This document shows positions 46,517 through 56,163 of a stretch of 64,000 bases of DNA, one piece after another. A program made the translations under genes and the position numbers. The first letter of the stretch is position 1; each line of letters opens with the position of its first letter. This DNA comes from a virus. Lineage: Duplodnaviria; Caudoviricetes. The notes beneath the pieces were generated by a model that ran no database searches, was not told where the DNA came from, and was given only the letters and a program-made list of their open reading frames with translations. The DNA lies in the IMG/VR virus record IMGVR_UViG_3300048579_000388, positions 1-64,000 of that record; one strand, written 5' to 3'.

Positions 46517-47056
46517 ATGGGACTTCTCGACACAATCCGGGCGGCAGTCGCCGGGCCGGACGGGACCGCCATGTCCACCGATCCGGCGGACGTGAATGAA
46601 GATATCAACCGCCCCTGCGGGGCCAGCAAGGAGGCCGAGATGGCTGACAAGGATACCGCGCCCGGAGCGGCTACGACCGGGATTTCGGAGGCCGATCACA
46701 AGGCCGCTGTGACGAAGGCGGAGACCGATGGCAAGGCGGCCGGCCGCAAGGAGGCGACCGAGCGGGTGACGACCATTCTTGCTGCCGACGGCATCAAGGG
46801 CGACGGCACGCGCATGTCGGCCGCTCTCGACCTGGCCACCAAGTCGCCAGACATGGCGGCTGAAGACGTGGTCGGCTACGTGACGGCCAATGTCACCGCC
46901 GGCAAACCCAGCGCCGCTGCGTCTTACGAGCAGCAGCGTCTGGCCTCTGCCGGCCTCACCGAGCCTGGCGGCGCCAATGCGACGTCCGCCAAGGCTGATC
47001 TCAACCCGAGCTCGATCTACGCGGCGCGCCGCGAAGCGGCCCAGAAAGGAGCCTGA
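46517..47056 (+). CDS. Scaffolding protein (Nu3-like)
   Basis: Ala/Lys/Glu-rich, between protease and decoration gene. Confidence 0.6.
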   Translation: MGLLDTIRAAVAGPDGTAMSTDPADVNEDINRPCGASKEAEMADKDTAPGAATTGISEADHKAAVTKAETDGKAAGRKEATERVTTILAADGIKGDGTRMSAALDLATKSPDMAAEDVVGYVTANVTAGKPSAAASYEQQRLASAGLTEPGGANATSAKADLNPSSIYAARREAAQKGA

Positions 47057-47058
47057 TC

Positions 47059-47709
47059 ATGAGCGCTATCACTGAAAAGGCGAGGGCTCTGGCCTTCATC
47101 CTGTCGGAGGCGAACGGCTATCAGAGCCGCGAAGTTCTGACCGTTGCTTCCGGCGCCGGCAAGCTTGAGGCCGGGACGGTGCTCGGCAAGCTGTCGATTG
47201 GCGCAGCGACCGCGGCGGCGAAGAGCGGCGGAAATACGGGTAACGGTACTATCAGCGCTGTTACCGTGCTCAGCGGCGCGAAGGCCGGCGTCTACGCGCT
47301 GCGCTTTACTTCTGCAACTGCATGGACGCTGACCGACCCGGACGGTTTCTCGCTCGGCGCCGGCGCCAATGGCGCGGCCAATGCCAACGATCTCGGATTT
47401 ACCACCACTGCCGGCGGCACGCCATTCGTGGCCGGCGACGGCTTCGATATCACTGTCGCCGCTGGAAGCGGCGTGTATTGGCCCTCAACACATGCAGCAT
47501 CCGCCAACAAGGCGGGCATCGAGAGTGCAAGCGCAATCCTGGCCTACGGCGTAGATGCGACTTCGGCGGCCGTCGATGCGGTCTGCATCGCCAACGATGC
47601 AGAGGTAAAGGAGCCGATGCTGCTCTTCGACGCCAGCGTCGACGACAACACCAAAAAACAGGCGAAGATCGCGCAGTTGCGCGCGAATTCGCGCATCAAG
47701 GCACGGTAA
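47059..47709 (+). CDS. Head decoration protein (gpD-like) with Gly/Ala/Thr-rich insertion
   Basis: SEANGYQSRE...GTVLGK...AILAYGVDAT. Confidence 0.8.
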   Translation: MSAITEKARALAFILSEANGYQSREVLTVASGAGKLEAGTVLGKLSIGAATAAAKSGGNTGNGTISAVTVLSGAKAGVYALRFTSATAWTLTDPDGFSLGAGANGAANANDLGFTTTAGGTPFVAGDGFDITVAAGSGVYWPSTHAASANKAGIESASAILAYGVDATSAAVDAVCIANDAEVKEPMLLFDASVDDNTKKQAKIAQLRANSRIKAR

Positions 47710-47720
47710 GGAGAACTGAC

Positions 47721-48731
47721 ATGACCTCTCAGAATGTTCATACCGGCGATCCTTTCAGCCTTGAAAGCCTGACCGCCGCTGTCAACAAGAAGCATTACCG
47801 CCCCGGGCAGGTGTCCGCGTCCGGCATCTTCGAAGAAGACGGCGTCACCACGACGCTGATCTCGGTCGAGATGAAGGACGGCAAGCTCGGCCTGGTCGAT
47901 CCCAGCCAGCGCGGCGGTCCCGGCGAAACGACCGACGACGAAGATCGCAAGAAGATCCCGGTCGAAATCCCGCACTACCAGCGCGATGACAGCATTCTCG
48001 CCGATGAAGTGCAGAATGTCCGCGCGTTTGGCAGCGAGAGTTCTGCCGAGATGCTGGAGGATCGTGTGAACGGAAAGGCGCAGCGTCACGCTGCCGACCT
48101 GACCATGACGCTGGAACATCAACGCGTCGGCGCTATCAAGGGCATCGTCACGTCCAAATCCGGCGGGACGCTGATCAACCTCTATACGGCCTTCGGGATT
48201 GCGGTGCCGGACGCAGTATCGCTGGAGCTCGACGTGGATGCGACGAAGGTCGCTTCCTTGTTCCAGGATGTGCTCTACAGCATCGAAGACTCTCTCGACG
48301 AGCCTTATGACGGACTACACGTCTTCACCGGTCGCGATCTTCATAAGGCGCTTTGGACGCATAAATCCGTGCAGGACACGTTCATCTATCATCAGGGCGC
48401 GGCACAGCTCCGTCTCGATGTGCCGGACACGTTCCAGTTCGCGGGCGCTACCTGGGAGCGCTACAAGACCGGCGCCAAGGCCACAACCGATCTCGGTGCG
48501 CCCTATATCGCAGCCAACGAGGCGCGTGTTGTGCCGAAGGGTGTCGCGGACCTCTTCATCACCCGATTTGCGCCGGCTGATTACAACGAGACCGTCAACA
48601 CCAAGGGTCTGCCGTACTATTCCCGGGCCACCGAGAAGCGGAACGGCAAGGGCTACGACCTCGAAGTGCAGATGAACGCGATTTCGATCTGCACCCGGCC
48701 GGAAGTGCTGCGCAAGTTGACCCTCACCTGA
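47721..48731 (+). CDS. Major capsid protein (lambda E-like)
   Basis: 336 aa; FSLESLTAAVN, TLEHQRVGAIKG, ICTRPEVL. Confidence 0.9.
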   Translation: MTSQNVHTGDPFSLESLTAAVNKKHYRPGQVSASGIFEEDGVTTTLISVEMKDGKLGLVDPSQRGGPGETTDDEDRKKIPVEIPHYQRDDSILADEVQNVRAFGSESSAEMLEDRVNGKAQRHAADLTMTLEHQRVGAIKGIVTSKSGGTLINLYTAFGIAVPDAVSLELDVDATKVASLFQDVLYSIEDSLDEPYDGLHVFTGRDLHKALWTHKSVQDTFIYHQGAAQLRLDVPDTFQFAGATWERYKTGAKATTDLGAPYIAANEARVVPKGVADLFITRFAPADYNETVNTKGLPYYSRATEKRNGKGYDLEVQMNAISICTRPEVLRKLTLT

Positions 48732-48755
48732 TCGGCCCAAATGGATCGACCAGGC

Positions 48756-48783
48756 AAAGGCCGGGCAGGAGCCCGGCCTTTTT
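48756..48783 (+). terminator. Rho-independent terminator after the capsid gene
   Basis: AAAGGCCGGGC-AGGA-GCCCGGCCTTTTT. Confidence 0.75.
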
Positions 48784-48834
48784 GTTTCCAGACGCCTCGA
48801 TCGCGAGGCGTGCGGCAACGGAAAGGATGCTGTC

Positions 48835-49206
48835 ATGTCCAAGAAAATATGGATCAGTGCACCCAACGGCCTCATTCTCAGCGCCGCTGCGATGGACTCC
48901 AAGAAAGATGTCGCGATCGGCGCACATGAGCCGGCGGAAGTTCCGGAGGGTTATGGCCGGCATCTGATCGCCGACAGGTTCGCGGTCGAAGTCGACAAGC
49001 CGAAGGCCGCGCCGGAGAAGGCGCAGAAGAAGGCCACCGTCACCAAGTCCGACGAGGACGCGGCTAGGAAGCTCTCCGATGCGGAGAAGGCTGTTTCCGA
49101 CGCCGAGGCGGCTGTGATCGCAGCCGGCGACGATCTCGCCAAGAAGGCGGAGGCAGAGAAGGCCCTTGAGGCTGCCAAGGCCGCGCTCGCAGCGCTCAAG
49201 GCCTGA
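48835..49206 (+). CDS. Ala/Lys-rich head-associated protein (gpFI-like position)
   Basis: 123 aa after the capsid gene. Confidence 0.5.
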   Translation: MSKKIWISAPNGLILSAAAMDSKKDVAIGAHEPAEVPEGYGRHLIADRFAVEVDKPKAAPEKAQKKATVTKSDEDAARKLSDAEKAVSDAEAAVIAAGDDLAKKAEAEKALEAAKAALAALKA

Positions 49207-49210
49207 TCCT

Positions 49211-49585
49211 ATGGATTTCGCCCAGGCCAAGGCGCGGCTTGTCCGCCAGTCGCGCGAGACGTTTGGGGAAAAGGTGACGATCCGGCCGATGAAGGCTGGG
49301 GAGTTGAAGAGGGTGGCGGACCCGGATCGGGCGGTGATGACTGACATTGCCGCCCGATTTGATTATGCACTTGAGCCGGTCAAGCTTGGTGGCAGCGATC
49401 GGACTGGGCCTCTGATGCCTATTTCTGAGGACAACCCATCGTTTTCCATCCCGCGCGAGCTTCTCTCCTGGGACCCTCGGTCCGGTGATGTGATCGAGCG
49501 TGCAAGCGGCGAGCGCTGCGAGATCGTGCGCGCCGGTGACGACGGTGCGAAGGTTGCCTTGTTCTTTGTGTCGCGAGGTGGCTGA
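49211..49585 (+). CDS. Head-tail joining protein
   Basis: 124 aa; PRSGDVIE...EIV; position in the neck module. Confidence 0.6.
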   Translation: MDFAQAKARLVRQSRETFGEKVTIRPMKAGELKRVADPDRAVMTDIAARFDYALEPVKLGGSDRTGPLMPISEDNPSFSIPRELLSWDPRSGDVIERASGERCEIVRAGDDGAKVALFFVSRGG

Positions 49586-49587
49586 CG

Positions 49588-50394
49588 ATGTCCATCGTGC
49601 GGCAGTTGACCCAGATTTGCATGGTGCGAGCCTTCCGAGGGCAGACCTTGGCCGGCAATGCGGTGCTGGACAGCAATATTACCGGGCTATCGGCCTTCGA
49701 CTACAAGGACGAGCAGCCGGTAATTGCCTGTTCGATCGAGGAGGTTGAACTCGACGACAAGTATGGCCGGGGCCTTTTCGGTCGCGCCGCCGAGACGAAA
49801 ATCTATATTCAGACGGCAGTTGCAACGAAGGGAAGCTATATCGTCGTCACCGGAGAGGGCACCGAGCGGGTCGAGGAATTCAAAGAGATCGGTTCGACGG
49901 ATGCCGCGCGGGAGGCGACCCTCAACATTCTCGATCGGCAATGGAAACAGGCGCTAACCGATCCGGCCAATGTCTGGGGCGACCGATTCCGGCAACTGGT
50001 CCCGCATGTTGGACGCGTCAAGGATTTGCGGATAACCGACCCCGAGGGCGGCCGGAAATATGCCGCCCGTGTTTATGAGATCAGCGGCACCATGATCGCT
50101 GAACCAGATTTCGGCGCAGATCTGCCAGAAGATATCGACGCGATCATGACTGCCGTGGGTGCCATCCCTGATTATGCCGATCTGATAGCGATCTGGCGTG
50201 ATCTCTTCAGCAAGGCCGCGAGCGACGATCCGATTGCGCGGTCGCAGGCCTCGGCGGCACTTTCGTCAACGGCCTTTGCCGCACTGGGCCTGCATCGGCT
50301 CGATCCAGAGGGTGACGACTTCACCACGGGCGTGTTTGCGAATGACGGCCGGGACGATATCGAGGTCGTGGCCGAGGACGAGGATCAGCCGTGA
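49588..50394 (+). CDS. Neck/tail completion protein
   Basis: 268 aa between joining and baseplate genes. Confidence 0.5.
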   Translation: MSIVRQLTQICMVRAFRGQTLAGNAVLDSNITGLSAFDYKDEQPVIACSIEEVELDDKYGRGLFGRAAETKIYIQTAVATKGSYIVVTGEGTERVEEFKEIGSTDAAREATLNILDRQWKQALTDPANVWGDRFRQLVPHVGRVKDLRITDPEGGRKYAARVYEISGTMIAEPDFGADLPEDIDAIMTAVGAIPDYADLIAIWRDLFSKAASDDPIARSQASAALSSTAFAALGLHRLDPEGDDFTTGVFANDGRDDIEVVAEDEDQP

Positions 50395-50972
50395 GCAGGG
50401 ATAGTCTCGGGGAGGATCTCGGCAAGATGGTCGCCGACATGCTCGGGCCGATTATCCGAGACATTCATGTGCTGAAGAATGCTTTCTCAAGCATGGCGCT
50501 CGAAGGTTCGATCGAGGAGGTCGATGCCGAGCAAGGGTATCGCGTCAAGCTTGGCGAGGGGCAGGACGGGCAGCCGTTCCTGTCGGGGTGGATACCGCAT
50601 CCCGAGACGGCCAAGAGCTCAGTGCCTCTGAAAAAAGGGATGCGTGTGGGGCTGTTCTGCCCCGGTGGCGATCTTCGCCAGGCGATGATCGTGCGTGCTG
50701 GCTATTCTGACGAGCATCCCAGTCCCAATCAGGACATGAACGCGAATGTGTTCGAAGATGCCGGGGTCAAGCTGACGGTCGCGGACAACAAACTTACGTC
50801 GGTGATCGGCGGCGCCACCTGGGAGCAGAGTGGTGACGGAGTCAACCTCACCGTCGGTGGCACGACTTTCTCCTTTACAGGCGCCGGGTACACCCAGACT
50901 GGCGGAATGCAGATCCATGATGGGAAAGATGTGGGTGCGACGCATACGAATGAAGGCCTGAAGGTGGATTGA
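50391..50972 (+). CDS. Baseplate spike protein (P2 gpV-like)
   Basis: RVKLG...SGWIP...G..V.LFCPGGD; Gly-rich beta C-terminus. Confidence 0.85.
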   Translation: MSRDSLGEDLGKMVADMLGPIIRDIHVLKNAFSSMALEGSIEEVDAEQGYRVKLGEGQDGQPFLSGWIPHPETAKSSVPLKKGMRVGLFCPGGDLRQAMIVRAGYSDEHPSPNQDMNANVFEDAGVKLTVADNKLTSVIGGATWEQSGDGVNLTVGGTTFSFTGAGYTQTGGMQIHDGKDVGATHTNEGLKVD

Positions 50973-50973
50973 G

Positions 50974-51369
50974 ATGGCCGATTTCGACAGGAATACCGGC
51001 GCGGTGATCGATAATTTCCAGTCGGCGCTGCAAGGGGTGGAAGTCACCTTCATTACGCGGCTCGGCGACACGATCATGCTGCGCGAATTCGGCGCTGGGC
51101 TGCTCGATCTCCTCGGCAGGCTGATGGTGCCGCGATTGATGATGGCGTTTCAGCAGCTGATCGTTACGGCGATCGACCTTTGGGAGCCGCGGTTTCAGGT
51201 GCGGCAGATCCTGTTCGAAGGCTCGGTCGACCAGCTGCGGCTCGGCAGTGCCAAGTTCGGCATCGAGGTCGATTATCGGCCACGCGGCCATCTCGGCGAC
51301 TTCACCGTCGAACGGATGGTGAATTTCACACTGACATTCGACAGCAGGGGCATTCGGGCGGCGGCATGA
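50974..51369 (+). CDS. Baseplate protein (gpW/gp25-like)
   Basis: TRLGDTIMLREFGA...AIDLWEPRF. Confidence 0.85.
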   Translation: MADFDRNTGAVIDNFQSALQGVEVTFITRLGDTIMLREFGAGLLDLLGRLMVPRLMMAFQQLIVTAIDLWEPRFQVRQILFEGSVDQLRLGSAKFGIEVDYRPRGHLGDFTVERMVNFTLTFDSRGIRAAA

Positions 51370-52295
51370 CAACGATCATCAATGTTGCCGACCTCGCGCC
51401 GCCAGAGGCGATCGAGGCGCTTAGCCATGCCGCGATCATGGAGCGCCAGAAGACGCTTTTCCAGTCCTACTGGGAGAGCGTGCGGGCGAGCAATCCAGAT
51501 CTCAATCTGCCCGCCTACGACGTTGACATGCTGGCGCATAGCCCACCTGTCGTCATCGGTCGGGCGGAGAGCTATCGCGAGCTGTTGCTGCGTGCTCGGG
51601 TCAACGATGCGCTGCGCGCCGTGCTGCCCGCCTTTGCGCGCGGTACCGATCTCGATCAGGTCGTCGCACGAGCCAATGTCCAGCGGCTTGCAACGGCTTT
51701 CGATGAGGACGGCAACGCGACGGCATGGGAGAGCGACGCCAAGCTTCTCGATCGCTATCTTGCCGCTTTCGCGCGGCCGGCTGCCGGATCGGAAGATGGC
51801 TATATCTATGCCGCCGCCACCGCGTGGCCGCAACGCCATGATATCAAGGTCTATGGCTATGAAGCGCCTGAGCTCGGTTTCGAACCTGGCGATGTTGGCG
51901 TTTACTTGCTCGCCGCTGACGGCGGTTCGGTTTCCGATGAGGCGATGGCCTCCGTTGTGCGAGCGCTCAACCCCAAGACAGCGCGGCCGCGTACCGATGT
52001 TGTGGAGGTGCGTCGCGCGACCGTGGGCACCTGGTCCCTGGCGGCCAAGCTGATTATCCGCCGAGGGGCATCGCCCGAAGCCGTCGTCGCTGCTCGCCGT
52101 ACGGCAGTGCAGGCCTTCGCCGACGCGCGCCATCACATTGGCGGCCTTGTCACGGCCGTCGGTGCGGTTTCTGCGCTTTGGGACCCCAATGTCATCAATG
52201 TCGAGGTCACCGCGCCGCTGGCCGACATTCCATCGGCGCGGGATAAGGCGCCGTTTCTGACGTCGATCAACCTGACCTATGAGGTGCAGCTGTGA
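51366..52295 (+). CDS. Baseplate J-like protein
   Basis: RELLLRARVNDA...FARGTDLD...AGSEDGY...RPRTDVV. Confidence 0.88.
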   Translation: MTTIINVADLAPPEAIEALSHAAIMERQKTLFQSYWESVRASNPDLNLPAYDVDMLAHSPPVVIGRAESYRELLLRARVNDALRAVLPAFARGTDLDQVVARANVQRLATAFDEDGNATAWESDAKLLDRYLAAFARPAAGSEDGYIYAAATAWPQRHDIKVYGYEAPELGFEPGDVGVYLLAADGGSVSDEAMASVVRALNPKTARPRTDVVEVRRATVGTWSLAAKLIIRRGASPEAVVAARRTAVQAFADARHHIGGLVTAVGAVSALWDPNVINVEVTAPLADIPSARDKAPFLTSINLTYEVQL

Positions 52296-53569
52296 CCTTT
52301 CAGTCGCTTCTGCCATCCTCGTCCGGCATCTTCGAGAAAGCGATCGAGACGGTCTATGGCACCGCGCTCGATCAGCTTGAGCCGGAAGTGATCAAGACCT
52401 TCTGGGATCCTGATCTCTGCCCGGCCGAATATCTGTCTATCCTTGCGCATGCGCTTTCGGTCGATCTCTGGGACGATGATTGGGATGTGCTCAAGAAGCG
52501 CTCGATCATCAAGCGGTGGGTGCAGCTCGAATGGTCGAAGGGCACCTATGCCGGTTATAGGGATTTCATCGAGATCGCTGGCGGGCGGTTGGTCGAGGAT
52601 CTCGCCGCGCCCCAGGGCTTCTATCTTGCCGAGGATCTGACCCAAGCGCAGTGGCAGGCCTGGATCGACCAGATGCCGCGGGTCCGGGTGACCTTCGCGC
52701 AAGGCCAGGGCGAATGGGTGCCGCCGTCTGGCCTCTATCTTGACCATTGGTTTCTGGACGAGGACTTCGAGGAGTTCGACGACGGCGAGGCGCTTTACGG
52801 ACGCCAGGCCTATCTCCGGGAGAATGCCGGCGGCGAGGATCAGAAGCTCTTGCTGTCGCGGGTCTATGAGACGCGCGAGGAGCGACCCGGCTATGCGACC
52901 GAGCGCGTGGTCATTCCCGGGCTTGCCGGCGCGGCCTTCATTCTCGACGAAAGCTTCCTCGAGGACGATGCGACTGGCTTTCTCGATGGCGATGAGCGGG
53001 CGCCGCAGACCTATAGCTATGCCCTCAACCGGAGTTTCATCTATCAGGAAAGCGCCCTCGAGCTAACCGCGGTGCCGATCGGCTATCGGCCGCGCGACGT
53101 GCGCTACATCAGAGAGAGCCTGATCGGCGACGCGCTGGCTGATGCTCACCTCGACGATTGGTATCTCGATGATGATCGCTTTCTGACCGAGGACGAAGGC
53201 GGAATGATGCTCGCCGACGTGCTGCATCTCCTCAATCCGGATATCGCCGCACCCCTGGTCGACGGCATTTCCTTCCTCGACGTCAGCCGGCTCGACATGG
53301 ATCGCTTCACGCTCGAGCTGATGATCGATGCAACGACCATCCTGCCCTGGGGGCATTTCGTGCTCGATGTCAGCTTCCTGGATGAGGACTTCCTCGCCGA
53401 CGAAGATCTCCGCCATCTGGACAAGATCATGCGCGCGATCGTGGCCGCCAAGGCCAAGCGCGACAAGGTTCTTGTCACTTTCGAAACCACCAAACCGCTC
53501 ACGCTCGGCGACGCGCCGCGGCTCAATTCCGGCATGAAACTCGGCGCGCGCGTGCCGGCAACACTCTAA
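52292..53569 (+). CDS. Tail protein I (P2 gpI-like) with acidic extension
   Basis: CPAEYL..LAHALSVDLW...KGT; repeated LD..FLD motifs. Confidence 0.85.
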   Translation: MTFQSLLPSSSGIFEKAIETVYGTALDQLEPEVIKTFWDPDLCPAEYLSILAHALSVDLWDDDWDVLKKRSIIKRWVQLEWSKGTYAGYRDFIEIAGGRLVEDLAAPQGFYLAEDLTQAQWQAWIDQMPRVRVTFAQGQGEWVPPSGLYLDHWFLDEDFEEFDDGEALYGRQAYLRENAGGEDQKLLLSRVYETREERPGYATERVVIPGLAGAAFILDESFLEDDATGFLDGDERAPQTYSYALNRSFIYQESALELTAVPIGYRPRDVRYIRESLIGDALADAHLDDWYLDDDRFLTEDEGGMMLADVLHLLNPDIAAPLVDGISFLDVSRLDMDRFTLELMIDATTILPWGHFVLDVSFLDEDFLADEDLRHLDKIMRAIVAAKAKRDKVLVTFETTKPLTLGDAPRLNSGMKLGARVPATL

Positions 53570-53587
53570 CGAAGATCTGGGGCTCCC

Positions 53588-55957
53588 ATGGAACGTACAG
53601 TCAATTTCCAGTCGAAACAGAAGGTCACCCGCAGCGATCTGGACAATATGGGTGACTTCGCCCGGGAGTCCATGGATCACGTCGTGATGGACGGCATCAC
53701 GGATCTGCAGGGCTTCGTCGGCTTCTCTGTCGTGCGCACCGGTGTCGGCGAAGTGACCGTCGCGGCGGGTCGGTACTATGAGGCCGGCAAGGTGTTCGTA
53801 GACGACGCCGAGACGCGGCTCCCGCTCAACCTGCTCAACTACCTGGCGATCAACCAGAAGCGGATCGTGACGATCGCCGTCAACGGCACGCTTGTCGACA
53901 ATGACCAGCAGCCGCGCACCTTCCTGCTCGATGCGCAGCTGCGCACCACGGAAGCGCGCCAGATTTCGGTCGAGAGCCTGCGGCACGCCGAAATCACACC
54001 GGTACCTGGCGCCGAGAACGCAGATCCGTCGCCTCCGAACCTCAACGCCAATCTGCTTGCCATTGCCTATGTGACGATGTCGACCACCGATGTCATCGAC
54101 ATCACAATGGTCGCGGCTAACAGGCTGCCCTCTGTCAAGTCGCTCAACACTCGGCTCACGCTGGTCGAGAAGCGCCTCGACTTGGCCGGCTCGCGCATCG
54201 ACACGCTCGGCACGGATATTTCCGGCCTGGCGGCGCTCTTGAAGACGAGGGCGCCGATGTCCTTCGTCACCAACCTCGCGCTCGACTACGCACTGACGAA
54301 GAAGCTGGCCGAACTGCCGTCCGACTACACGGCTTGGGAGGCCGACAATTATCTCAACGAGGACTATTCCGATACCGCGTTTTCCGGCTATTCGGCCTAT
54401 GTCCGCGACGGTCTTCATTTTGGCAATGCCGGCCTTGCGCGCTCGGCGCTCGGGCTGCTCAACTCGACCGATCCGCGTATTACCGTCTCCGACAACATGG
54501 TCGGAGCGCGCCACATCAATGTCGCTCGTCTGTCGATCACGGGCAAAGACGCGGAAATCGCGCTGGCGAACTACAATGTTTCCACGACGAGCGTCGAAAA
54601 GCTGACGCGCACTCGCACCGAATGGCAGAATATCCATTATCAGTCGGTGCAACCGGACGGTCTCTATGACGGCAGCTGGACGCTCGACTATGCCAACAAT
54701 GCCGATGGCACCGGCTATGCCGACTATACCCGCACCAATCCCCAGACCGGGGAGAAAGAGCAGTGGAGCTATCAGGTTCTGAGCTACTGGCAATCGGCGC
54801 TCGGCGAGGGCTATGCGACTTACGCGTATGGCATCACCAAGCAGCTCGGCAGCAACTGGACCTATCGCGTCCTCAAGGCGATCGAGGAGCCTTACTGGGA
54901 CACGGTCAAGACGACGGAAACCGTCAATGGCTTCACGCTGGGCCAGACCTTCCTGAATGCTCAGCAGGGTGCGCTGACCAAGGTCGACCTGTTCTTCACC
55001 AAGAAGGCGGCGATCGGAGACGTCCACCTCTACCTGACAGAGCTGGATACCGCTGGCCGGCCCAACATGTCGCGCGTGATCCAGAAGGTCAGCAAAGCGC
55101 CGGGCGACATAGTGGCCGACACCGCCGGCGAAACACCCACTACCTTCGTCTTCAGTGCAGACGCCATGGTCAAGGGCCAGCGCTACGGCCTGGTCGCGAT
55201 CAGCCAAGGCGCGCATTTCCTTGCCGTGGTCAGCGGCAACAAGTACGGCCAGGGTCAGCTGTTTCAGAAAAACAACGGCGAATGGCAGGCTGGTTCCAGC
55301 GATCTCGACCTCGCCATGGTGCTGTGGTTCGCGGGCTATGATCAGACCCGTGTCGAGGTACAGCTCAACCCCGTCGAGCTCTCGGGCGGCATCGGCCGCA
55401 TCGAGATCAACTGCGACACCTATATTCCGGAAGGCACCCGCATCGAGTGGGAGGGTTTCATCGGCGGCGTGTGGAAGTCGCTGACCGTCGTCAATGAGAC
55501 GCTGATCTCACCGCTCGCGACCCGGCCGAATATCATCCAGCTGCGGGCCATTCTGATCGGCACGACGGACAGCATGCCCATGTTCGGCATCGGTGCGCTG
55601 CGGTCATCGGTAACGGTCAGTCGCAACAGCACGTCGCTCACGCATATCTCGAAGATCATCACCCTACCGAGCGCCTGCGACACGGTCGAGGTGGAGCTGG
55701 CGGCCAAGCACTGGAACGCGGGCCACCACACGCTGACCGCCAAGATCCTGGTCGGCGCCGGCTATACCACCGTCGAGAACTCCGACAGCACGATCGATCT
55801 CGAAGTGCCGGTCACCCAGGACGTGCTGAAGCGGCGCAAGCTGGTGTTCAACCTGGCCTCGGCTGTGACGTCTTTCCGCATTCGGATCGAGGCCACGACG
55901 TCCGACGCTGCCGACCAGCTCGCCATTACCAGCCGCAAGTCCGTGGCCTTCGCTTAA
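53588..55957 (+). CDS. Large baseplate/tail structural protein
   Basis: 789 aa after gpI-like gene. Confidence 0.65.
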   Translation: MERTVNFQSKQKVTRSDLDNMGDFARESMDHVVMDGITDLQGFVGFSVVRTGVGEVTVAAGRYYEAGKVFVDDAETRLPLNLLNYLAINQKRIVTIAVNGTLVDNDQQPRTFLLDAQLRTTEARQISVESLRHAEITPVPGAENADPSPPNLNANLLAIAYVTMSTTDVIDITMVAANRLPSVKSLNTRLTLVEKRLDLAGSRIDTLGTDISGLAALLKTRAPMSFVTNLALDYALTKKLAELPSDYTAWEADNYLNEDYSDTAFSGYSAYVRDGLHFGNAGLARSALGLLNSTDPRITVSDNMVGARHINVARLSITGKDAEIALANYNVSTTSVEKLTRTRTEWQNIHYQSVQPDGLYDGSWTLDYANNADGTGYADYTRTNPQTGEKEQWSYQVLSYWQSALGEGYATYAYGITKQLGSNWTYRVLKAIEEPYWDTVKTTETVNGFTLGQTFLNAQQGALTKVDLFFTKKAAIGDVHLYLTELDTAGRPNMSRVIQKVSKAPGDIVADTAGETPTTFVFSADAMVKGQRYGLVAISQGAHFLAVVSGNKYGQGQLFQKNNGEWQAGSSDLDLAMVLWFAGYDQTRVEVQLNPVELSGGIGRIEINCDTYIPEGTRIEWEGFIGGVWKSLTVVNETLISPLATRPNIIQLRAILIGTTDSMPMFGIGALRSSVTVSRNSTSLTHISKIITLPSACDTVEVELAAKHWNAGHHTLTAKILVGAGYTTVENSDSTIDLEVPVTQDVLKRRKLVFNLASAVTSFRIRIEATTSDAADQLAITSRKSVAFA

Positions 55958-55968
55958 GGAGCATTTCA

Positions 55969-56163
55969 ATGGCCAAGAAGCCGACAACCAAAGCTGCGCC
56001 CGATATCAATCCGGAGGCGCAGTATGACGTCACGCTGAAGCGGCCGATCAAGCTCGGTCGCTCCGGCACCTATGCACGGCCGGGCCTTCCCCTGACGCTC
56101 AGTGGCGCCCGTCTCCTCGAACACTTGGAAGACGTTGATGGCTACACAGAAGTCACTGGCTGA
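55969..56163 (+). CDS. Small tail-associated protein
   Basis: 64 aa with strong RBS. Confidence 0.55.
   Translation: MAKKPTTKAAPDINPEAQYDVTLKRPIKLGRSGTYARPGLPLTLSGARLLEHLEDVDGYTEVTG

Noticed and set aside
53063-55216. Long antisense ORFs (also 12055-13512, 44959-46650, 35794-37251, 51273-52316)
   Set aside because: Shadow frames of high-GC genes with clear sense-strand products.
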